Source: Nannocystis pusilla
GTDB taxonomy: Bacteria; Myxococcota_A; Polyangia; Nannocystales; Nannocystaceae
DNA: 64,000 nt
Strand: one strand, 5' to 3'
Assembly: GCF_051105105.1 (NCBI RefSeq)
Contig: NZ_CP185339.1
The notes under the pieces were generated by a model. The model was given only the letters and a program-made list of their open reading frames with translations, was not told where the DNA came from and ran no database searches. The position numbers and the translations under genes were made by a program. This document shows positions 10,120 through 18,041 of this stretch, one piece after another. Within the stretch, counting starts at the first letter, position 1. Each line of letters begins with the position of its first letter.

Positions 10120-11488
10120 GTGCCCCGCCTCGCTCTGGTCGCGCCGTTCGCCCTCGTCCTCGCCTCAGGCCCCCTCCTCGTCGGCACCGCGCAGGCCGGC
10201 CCGGTCCAGTTCGTCGAGCAGCGCAAGAACTTCATGGTGTTCGACGACGACGGCACCGTCGAGCACGCCAACTGGTTCTCGCGCACCGGCTTCTACGGCG
10301 GCTACTACCCGCTCGAAGAGGGCTTCCTCGCCGCGCACCCGGACGACGCCCAGTTCATCGTCGTCTACTCGACCTTCGATCTGGTCGACGGCGTCGGCGC
10401 CTTCTATCAGTCGCTCGCCAACAACGTCGCCGGCATCGGCTACTCGCACGCCGCCGACTTCGACCCGGTGATCCCGGCCGAGTTCTTCGACGACACCCCG
10501 AACAGCCAGTTCATCGGCATGCTGCACATGAACAACTGGCGGAAGTTCATCAAGACCGGCACCGAGGAGATCGACGACTGGTGGATCTCGCTGGTGTTCG
10601 GCCAGGAGCTGGGCCACGCGTGGCTGGCCTTCCCGCACGTCGCCGGCGGCGACAACACCCAGCTCCTCCTCGGGCGCTCGAAGGCCCACTGGAGCTTCTA
10701 CATGCACTCGGGCGGCTCGCCGGTCGAGGGCCACCGCTGGACCGACAACGGCGACGGCACCTTCACCGCGGACAAGCTCGACCAGTTCGAGTTCAGCGAC
10801 CTCGACCTGTATCTCATGGGCCTCATGGATCCCTCCGAGGTGAAGCCGTGGTTCGTCATCGAGGACCCGCACGACTGCATCGACTCCGCGCTGCCCAACC
10901 AGACCTGCCCCGAACCCAACTCTTTCCTCTTTAAAGCCGAGAGCTTCACCGTCAGCGGTACGCGGCGCAACGTCACCATCGAAGAGGTCATCCAGGCCGA
11001 GGGCGAGCGCGTCCCCGCCTACCCCGACGCGCCCAACGAGTTCGGCATCTCCTTCCTCCTCGTCAAGCGCCCCGACGAGGTCCTGTGCGAGGAGGAGTAC
11101 GCCGTCATCGACGAGATCATCGACCGCTCGATCAGCATGTGGGTCGGCCAGACCCGCGGCCGCGCCAGCATCATCAACCGCACCTTCAGCGCCGACCCGA
11201 TCCGCCCCGGCGTGTTCTGCGAGGCCGGCACCAGCACCGGCAGCGACGACACCGGCGCCGACCCGACCGGCGGCGACGACCCCGGCCCGACCGAACCGAC
11301 CACGGCCGCCACCCCAGAATCCGACCACCTCGAGCAGCAGCAGCGGCGGCCGCGACGAGGACAGCGACGGCGACACCGGCGGCAGCAACACCGACAGCGG
11401 CTGCGGCTGCCGCTCCCACGAGCCGGCCCCCGCCCTCGCCCTGCTGCTCGCCCTCGCCGCAGTACGTCGCCGCCGCGACCGCACCTGA
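10120..11488 (+). CDS. secreted protein with a C-terminal MYXO-CTERM sorting signal, frame-disrupted near 11310
   Basis: N-terminal signal peptide. In the +1 frame the 3' end reads ...[52 protein letters not shown], which is a MYXO-CTERM. The annotated frame decays into Arg/Pro-rich nonsense after ~11320. Confidence 0.6.
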
Positions 11489-11520
11489 CCCGGAGCGACA
11501 GCGGACGAAGGACGTGAAGA

Positions 11521-11562
11521 GGCGCCTGTTCGGCGGCCAACCCTGGCCGTCGAACAGGCGCC
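11521..11562 (+). terminator. stem-loop downstream of the MYXO-CTERM gene
   Basis: ggcgcctgttcg-(17 nt, itself palindromic cggccaaccctggccg)-cgaacaggcgcc forms a perfect 12-bp stem. No U-tract follows. Confidence 0.35.
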
Positions 11563-11816
11563 GAGCAACGTGTCCCGAAGGACATCCTCCACCGAGACCG
11601 ATCGTGTCGGCCCCCATCACGGCCGCAGCCGTGCATGGGATCGGCGGAACCACCGAGCCGGCGTCCCGCCGCGAGGTCCAGTCGGCAATACGTGACGGCC
11701 AGCGCTCCGATCTTCGCTGGCCCCCGTCGATTGACCCCGAGCCTCACATGACCCGAAGGCCATGTCCCAAACTTTTCACCCGCAGCGCCGCAGCGGCGCG
11801 TCACCTGACCTGAAGG

Positions 11817-12104
11817 TCAGATCGCCATCAGCACCGGCACCGGGTGCATGTGGAACGCGCCCGGCACCGGGCACGCCCCCACCCGCGCCGCGCGGCGGGC
11901 CGTGAAGTGCGTGATGGTGGCGCGCAGCTCGTCGCCGGTCGGCTTGAGCAGCGTCGCCACGTACTGGTAGCCGATATCCTCGAAGTCGTCCTCCGGCTCT
12001 GCGTGGCACAGATAGCCGCGGCGATCGAGCCAGAGCGTGCGATGGCCGTGGTACTGGGCGAGTTCATCGACGAGACGGGCGACCTGCGGTTCGAGCGACA
12101 CCAT
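11817..12104 (-). CDS. small hypothetical protein
   Basis: About 95 aa (MVSLEPQVARLVDELAQYHGHRTLWLDRRGYLCHAEPEDDFEDIGYQYVATLLKPTGDELRATITHFTARR...). Protein-like, but no recognisable domain. Confidence 0.35.
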   Translation of the reverse strand: MVSLEPQVARLVDELAQYHGHRTLWLDRRGYLCHAEPEDDFEDIGYQYVATLLKPTGDELRATITHFTARRAARVGACPVPGAFHMHPVPVLMAI

Positions 12105-12158
12105 GGGTGCAGCCTTTACACACCTCGATCGCCGCCGCAAAAAATCGGCGCTCCGCGA

Positions 12159-13307
12159 TCACAGACTGGCGATCGCGCGCGCCATGATGCGTGCCGCCTC
12201 GAGCATGTGCGGTCCCGGTCGACCCGAGTAGCGCTCGTCGAGCTTCACCACCCGGCCGGCGCGGGCCGCTCGCAGCGCCTCGAGACCCGGCCTGTGGATC
12301 AAGTTGTCCGGGTCGAGCTTGTCGACCGCCACCCCGCACCACGACACGAAGCAGATGTCCGGGTCGGCCGCGACCAGCTCGGCCGGCGTGATCTCGAGGC
12401 TCGCGCCGGGCCGGTCGGCGAACACGTTGACCCCCCCGGCCAGGTCGATGAGGTTGTTACTGAAGCACGCGGCCCCGGGGGTGAACATCGGCCGCGGCCA
12501 CCACTCGAGGTAGACCCTCGCCGGCCGCGGCGGCCGACGCTCGCGCAGCGCGGCCGCCTCGGCCTCCATCGTCGCCACCACTTCTTCGGCGCGGCCGGGC
12601 ACCGCGAGGTCCGCCCCGGCCAGCCGCACCTCGGCGATCACGTCGGCGATCGATCGCGGCGCCAGCACCCGCTGCGGCACGCCCCGCGCGCGCAGGCCGG
12701 TGACGATCCGCTCCATCCCGGGCACCGAGAGCGAGCTGAACACAAGGTCAGGCCGTAGCTCGGCCACGCGATCCAGATCCGGCCCGAGGTCGGGCCCGAG
12801 GCGCTCGCACCTGGCCGTCTCCGGCGGCGAGTCCGACGAGTCCTCGCACGCGATCACGCGGTCGAAGCAGCCCAGGCTGGCCACCAGCTCGGCGTTCGAC
12901 GGCGCCAGGGTGATGACCTTTCGGACAGCCTGCGAGGCGCTCGATCCGAGGTCGGACAACGTGAATCGTTCCGAGCAGATGGCCTGCCCGTCCTCGTCGA
13001 TCGCACGAAGCTCGCGAGCGCCGCGGGCGGCGAGCCAGGCGCGAGCCGCGTGCAGCAGGTCGGGGTCCTCTTCGACCGCGGTCCGGGGCAGCACTTGCCG
13101 ACCTAGCGAGAACACCGCGGCGAGTGCGGGACCTCCGCCGCGCGGCCGGAGCTCGAACGCCTGCACCGCCTCCTCGGCCGCGTGTGGCGGCGGCACCGAG
13201 GACGAGCGGACGGCCACGAAACGGCGGGTCTCCCACTGATGCTCGGGCTTTCGCACGGTCGGGAGACTGGCTGCTGGATCCAGAAACGGCAAGGGCCCCT
13301 GCCGCAA
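12159..13307 (-). CDS. periplasmic binding protein, BtuF/FhuD-like (cobalamin/siderophore ABC substrate-binding fold) with an N-terminal extension
   Basis: C-terminal ~270 aa (VITLAPSNAELVASLGCFDRVIACEDSSD...PDLVFSS...VYLEWWPRP...PDICFVSWCG) match class III SBPs. The N-terminal ~110 aa are unassigned and the start is uncertain. Confidence 0.6.
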   Translation of the reverse strand: MRQGPLPFLDPAASLPTVRKPEHQWETRRFVAVRSSSVPPPHAAEEAVQAFELRPRGGGPALAAVFSLGRQVLPRTAVEEDPDLLHAARAWLAARGARELRAIDEDGQAICSERFTLSDLGSSASQAVRKVITLAPSNAELVASLGCFDRVIACEDSSDSPPETARCERLGPDLGPDLDRVAELRPDLVFSSLSVPGMERIVTGLRARGVPQRVLAPRSIADVIAEVRLAGADLAVPGRAEEVVATMEAEAAALRERRPPRPARVYLEWWPRPMFTPGAACFSNNLIDLAGGVNVFADRPGASLEITPAELVAADPDICFVSWCGVAVDKLDPDNLIHRPGLEALRAARAGRVVKLDERYSGRPGPHMLEAARIMARAIASL

Positions 13308-13381
13308 CCGGCAAAGTTTCTGCCGATTTTGCGGCGCCCGATCCGACTTCGGTTAGAGTGCCGGCACACAGGAGGACCTCT

Positions 13382-14188
13382 ATGGAGATCTCGATCAAGG
13401 ACGCCGCCGATTTGCTGGGCAAGAGCGAGCGCACCGTGCGGCACATGGCCCAGACCGGGCGCCTGCCCGCCCGCCGCGTCGGCTCGCGCTGGCTCATCGA
13501 CCGCGACGACCTCATGTCCGGCAAGTACAGCGGCCAGGACGGCGACGACGCCGCGGCCGAGGCTGCCGAGACCGCCGAGGCCGAGGCGCCGGCGACTGAC
13601 GTCCAGGAGGACAGCTACGACGACGCCGAGGAGGCTTCGACCTCGGCCGAGCGCCCGCGCCTGCGGTTCGACCGCGCCCTGCCGCCGGGCACCCCCTCGG
13701 TGCGCGCGCTCGACAGCTTCCACATCGCGGCCGACCTGCTGGCCGAGCTCGGCGAGCTCCGCCGCGACCTCCGCGACGCCTCTCACCTCCGCGACGCCGA
13801 GCAGAACCTGCGCGGCTTCATCCAGGCGCTGGCCGACGGGATCCACGCCGACCTCGGCGACCAGCCCGAGCGGTTCCGGGCCGCCCGCACGCAGGTGTGC
13901 GCCGCTCTGACCGACCTCATCCACTTCAACGTCACCCACGACAAGCCCGACCTGACCCCGCTCGTCGACCGCATCGAGCACGAGCTGCTCAGCTCGTTGC
14001 AGGTCCTCATCGGCACCGCCGACGAGCGCTCGAGCTGGCGCTACCGCGTCCGCGGCCTGGCCGAGCGGACGGCCGCGCGCGTGTTCTCGCGCCTGCGCGG
14101 GATCGCCGGCGACGGCCGCGTCGGCGCCCGCCTGGCCGCCCTCGAGGAGCGCTTCTTCGGCGCCTCCGCGCCCGTCGCGGTCAACTGA
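13382..14188 (+). CDS. DNA-binding protein, N-terminal HTH_17 (excisionase/MerR-like) domain plus an acidic linker and a C-terminal domain of unknown function
   Basis: MEISIKDAADLLGKSERTVRHMAQTGRLPARRVGSRWLIDRDDL is the HTH_17 signature. A strong RBS aggagg sits 8 nt upstream. Confidence 0.7.
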   Translation: MEISIKDAADLLGKSERTVRHMAQTGRLPARRVGSRWLIDRDDLMSGKYSGQDGDDAAAEAAETAEAEAPATDVQEDSYDDAEEASTSAERPRLRFDRALPPGTPSVRALDSFHIAADLLAELGELRRDLRDASHLRDAEQNLRGFIQALADGIHADLGDQPERFRAARTQVCAALTDLIHFNVTHDKPDLTPLVDRIEHELLSSLQVLIGTADERSSWRYRVRGLAERTAARVFSRLRGIAGDGRVGARLAALEERFFGASAPVAVN

Positions 14189-14346
14189 ACGTCGTCCTGA
14201 ACGAGCGCGGTCGGGCAGGTCCTCCGGGACATGTCCGACCGCACATGTTTTTAAAGTCAGCCCCTTGCGGGCGGCGCGCGCGCGATACGACCTTTTGACT
14301 TGTTCGTCCGCTCGACCCGGATCAGAACTCCGGCGGAGGAACCATC

Positions 14347-14736
14347 ATGAGACTCCCGCCTCCGCGCCTCATCTTCTGGATCGTGGCGGTCTCGTGGATC
14401 GGCGGCTGTACCCCGGGCCCCGGGCCCACCGATCCGGACGGACCGATCATCCGCACCCCCGAGCCGAAGCCCGTCTCGCAGCTGCCGGCGCGACAGCTCG
14501 CCGCCCTCGGCAACGTCGCCCTGCTGTCTGCCCCGCAGTGTCACGCCTGCGGCGACAGCAGCTGTGCCCGCAACACCCCCGACGACGTCTGCCTGGTCCA
14601 GTGCAGCAGCTCGGGCGTGCGCCGCTGGGATCTCGGTCAGCTCGCCGACCAGGAGTGCGACCCCGCCGCTCACAACTTTTGCGAGGCCAACGGCCTCGGC
14701 CGCGTGCTCGACTTCTGCTGGGGCGGCTACTCCTGA
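14347..14736 (+). CDS. small secreted Cys-rich lipoprotein
   Basis: Signal plus lipobox WIGGCTP, and 10 Cys in 129 aa. Confidence 0.5.
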   Translation: MRLPPPRLIFWIVAVSWIGGCTPGPGPTDPDGPIIRTPEPKPVSQLPARQLAALGNVALLSAPQCHACGDSSCARNTPDDVCLVQCSSSGVRRWDLGQLADQECDPAAHNFCEANGLGRVLDFCWGGYS

Positions 14737-14769
14737 GCCCGAAGCTCGCGCCCGCTCGGCCCGACCTCT

Positions 14770-15110
14770 CATGGCCGGCGTAGCCGCCCGTCGGGCGACT
14801 CACTTGCGACCTGTTCGTGAGGACAGGTTTCTCGAGCGGGCCGGTCGCCGCCCGACTCGGACCCGATCTCGACGAGCTGGCCACACATGGCCTGCTCCTG
14901 AGGACAGGTTCTCGATCCGGCCGGTCGCTTGCGACCCGGACATGACCTCGACGAGCTGACCCAAGCGCCTGCTCTTGGGGACAGGTCCTCGCGCCGGCCA
15001 ATCACCGCCGACCCGGACCTGGCCCCGACGAGCTAACCTTATGGCCCGCTCCTGAGGACAGCTCCTCTCGGAGCAGCCGGCGACGCTGTCACCGGCCGCG
15101 ATCGGCATCA
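14770..15110. repeat. three to four tandem ~80-bp repeats containing CCTG-N9-CAGG palindromes
   Basis: The unit ctgaggacaggttctcgatccggccggtcgcttgcgacccggacatgacctcgacgagctgacccaagcgcctgctc repeats, with variants, between convergent 3' ends. Confidence 0.8.
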
Positions 15111-15145
15111 GCCCTCGCGGCTCCGCGTCGGGCGCGGCCGCAACC

Positions 15146-17192
15146 TCAGCTGATCTTCTCGCCCGGCAAGCTGCGCGCGTCGAGCTCGAGCACCGTGATC
15201 GCGTCGTCCTTCGCCCCCGACGCGAGGACCATGCCCTCGCTGACGCCGAACCGCATCTTGCGCGGCTTGAGGTTGGCGAACACCACCACGTGCTTGCCGA
15301 CCAACTGCTCGGGCGCGTACGAAGCCGCGATCCCGCTGAAGATGTTGCGCTGACCGAGCGGCCCGAGGTCGATCGTCAGCTGCAGCAGCTTGTCGGAGCC
15401 CTTCACCCGCGCGGCGGCCAGCACCTTGCCGACGCGGAGGTCGACCGCCGCGAACGCCTCGATGTTGGCCTCGGCCGCCAGCGGCTCGACCGTGTAGGCC
15501 GGCACTTCCGGGGCGGCCGGAGCCGGTTCGCCGATCGTCTCCTTGCTGGCCTCGACGATCGCCTCGATCTTCTTGGGGTCGATGCGCTCGGCCAGCGTCA
15601 CGTACGCCCCGACCTCCTGGCCCTCCGGCAGCGGCTCGACCGCGTTGACGAAGTCGAGCGGGGCCGGCAGGCGCAGGCCCTCCTCGATCGTCGCCGCCCA
15701 CTTCGGCAGCACCGGCTTCAAGATCGCCGCGATCACCTTGCTCGCCCACATGCCCGCGGTGCAGACCGCCCGCGCCCGCTCGGGGTCCTTGCCGACCACC
15801 TTCCACGGCTCCTGCGCCGTGATGTAAGCGTCGAATTCGCCGCCGATCTCGATCGCCAGGCGCAGCGCCTTGGCCGACTCGAAGTTGGCGTACAGCGCCG
15901 GCACCTGCGCCAGCGCCTCACGGGCCTTCGCCATCAGCGGCTCGGCGTCGGCGGGGATCGGGCCGAGCTTGCCCCCGAGCCGACCGACGAGGAACTTCTG
16001 ACAGCGGCTGGCGAGGTTGGCCGCCTTGTTGACCAGGTCGGTGTTCACGCGGCTGACGAAGTCGGCCAGGTCGAGGTCGATGTCGTCCTGCTCCGGCCCG
16101 AGCTTGGCCGCGAAGTAGTAGCGGAGGTAATCGGCCGGCAGGTGGTCGAGGTACGTGCGGGCGAGGATGAAGGTCCCGCGGGTCTTCGACATCTTCTCGC
16201 CGTTGACCGTCAGCCAGCCGTGCACGTTGATCCGCGTCGGCGTGGTGTAGCCGGCCGCGTGCAGCATCGCCGGCCAGAACAGCGCGTGGAAGTAGACGAT
16301 GTCCTTGCCGATGACGTGGACGATCTCGGTGTCCTGGCTCTGGTCGGCGCGCCAGTACGACGCGAACGAGGCGCGGCCCGGGTGCTCGTCGCACCACTTC
16401 TGGGTCGCGCCGATGTAGCCGACCGGCGCGTCGAACCACACGTAGAAGAACTTCTTGCCCTCGTAGCCGGGGATCGAGAAGCCGAAGTAAGGCGCGTCGC
16501 GGGAGATGTCCCAGTCGCGCAGGCCGTCGTCGACCCACCGCATCACGTAGTTGCGGACCGCCGACTGCAGCTTGGTCGAGTTCAGCCACTCGCGCAGGAA
16601 GCCCTCGAAGCGGCCGAGCGACACGAACAGGTGCTCCGAGTCGCGCAGCTCCGGCGTGGTCCCGCAGATCGCACAGTGCGGCTCCTTGAGCTCGCTCGGG
16701 TTGTACGTGTGGCCGCACTTCTCGCAGAACGTCGCCGTACTGGTCCGCCGAGGCGCAGTACGGGCAGGTTCCCTTGACGAAGCGGTCCGGCAGGAACATC
16801 TGGTCCTTGGGACAGTAGAGCTGCCGCGTGACCCGCTTCTCGATCTGCCCCGCCGCCTGCATCTTCTCGTAGATGAACTCGGCGTGCTTGCGGGTCTCGT
16901 CCGAGTGCGTGGTGTAGAAGATGTCGGACTCGATGCCGAAGTCGCTATAGACCTGCGCGTGCTCGGCGTGCATGCGCGCGACCAGGTCGGCCGGATCGAC
17001 GCCCTCACGCCGGGCGCGCAGCTCGATCGGCGTGCCGTGGGTGTCGACCGCCCACATGAAGATCACGTCCTCGCCGGCCAGCCGGCGCGCCCGCACGTGG
17101 ACGTCGGTCTGGATGTACTCGAGCAGGTGCCCGAGGTGGGGCGAACCGTTGGCGTACGGGAGGGCGGCGGTGACGAGGACGCGGCGCGGCAT
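15146..17192 (-). CDS. metG: methionine--tRNA ligase with a C-terminal tRNA-binding (EMAP/Trbp111-like) domain; frame disrupted near 16740
   Basis: N-terminal frame: PYANGSPHLGHLLEYIQTDVHVR... up to KGTCPYCASADQYGD. C-terminal frame: FCEKCGHTYNPSELKEPHCAICGTTPELRDSEHLFV...KMSKTRG...FAAVDLRVGKVLAAARV. The two ORFs 15918..17192 and 15146..17008 join at ...QYGD|FCEKCG with a 1-nt offset. Confidence 0.9.
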
Positions 17193-17260
17193 CGCGGGCG
17201 CCTATAGCACGCTTCGCCCGCTGCCGGCGAGGAAGGCCGCCCGAGCGGCCCGAAACGGCC

Positions 17261-17776
17261 TCAGGCGTCGACCGGCTCCGGCCCTCGCGCCTCGCGGGCG
17301 GCGGTGATCTGCGCCTCCAGGCCCTCGAGCTGCTCGAGCAGCCCCTTCGCGGTGGTGCAGCGGCGCTCCATCTGCGCCACGAGGTCGCCGACCTGGTTCG
17401 ACAGCACCTGGATCAGCTCGGGGAACAGATCGACGGCGGCGTGCCTGAGCACGCGCGGCGCCTGCAGCAGCGGGATCACGTTGCCCGGCGTCTCCGAGGC
17501 CAGCGCGATCTTCGACTCGAGGATCTTCACCGTCTTGATGACGAGGTGGTACTCGCCCTGGACGCGCAGGTAGCCGAGGAAGCACAGCTCGATGACTCGC
17601 TTGCCGTCGCGGCCGATCGACATCGACTCCTGCAGCGGCCGCGGGTGGACGTAGTCCATGCCGATCATCAGGCGGCCCAGGGCCTTGTCGATCGCCGAGA
17701 TCAGCGCGTTGAGCTGATCGGACCCCTCGTTGAGCCGCTGCGCGGCTTGCCCGAGCTGGTTTAGCCTCTCGTTCAT
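17261..17776 (-). CDS. hypothetical protein
   Basis: MNERLNQLGQAAQRLNEGSDQLNALISAIDKALGRLMIGMDYVHPRP... (~172 aa). The upstream part of ORF 17261..18037 is Arg/Gly-rich and was excluded. Confidence 0.5.
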   Translation of the reverse strand: MNERLNQLGQAAQRLNEGSDQLNALISAIDKALGRLMIGMDYVHPRPLQESMSIGRDGKRVIELCFLGYLRVQGEYHLVIKTVKILESKIALASETPGNVIPLLQAPRVLRHAAVDLFPELIQVLSNQVGDLVAQMERRCTTAKGLLEQLEGLEAQITAAREARGPEPVDA

Positions 17777-18041
17777 CACGGATCCTCGTGTCTGCCCGTC
17801 AGGGCGAAGTCGCCGGCTCCCGCCGGAGTGGCTCTCGCCACCACCGCGACGGTACCGCTGCGGCGGTCGCGGCGACAAGCCAGCGGCCGTGGCGGCGAAA
17901 AAGCGCGAGCCTGCGCCCGGTCCGGTTCCGCGCCGGTGAGCCTGCGCCGCCGCCGCGGAGCGCATGTGCGAGTGGTTCGCACGCGCTCGCCCGCCGGCCG
18001 CGCCCGTCGCTCGCTCGCCGCGCACGGCGAGCGTCACGCGA

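Noticed and set aside
10600-10640. Zinc-metalloprotease call for the 10120 gene based on ELGH
   Set aside because: The motif reads Q-E-L-G-H, not H-E-x-x-H, and no downstream third ligand pattern is evident. I kept only the description secreted MYXO-CTERM protein.
13308-13381. Cobalamin riboswitch upstream of the BtuF-like gene
   Set aside because: Only ~75 bp separate the divergent start codons. That is far too short for a ~200-nt B12 element, and no conserved B12-box (rAGYCMGgAgaCCkGCc-like) is visible.
13382-14188. Excisionase/prophage module suggested by the HTH_17 (Xis-like) domain
   Set aside because: No integrase, attachment-site-like direct repeats, tRNA gene or phage structural genes are in the vicinity. 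Standalone HTH_17 regulators are common in myxobacteria.
16700-16770. Programmed ribosomal frameshifting in metG and the other split genes
   Set aside because: No slippery heptamer or stimulatory structure is present at any site. The sites are unrelated in sequence. Five such events in 64 kb across unrelated genes fit random indel error better.
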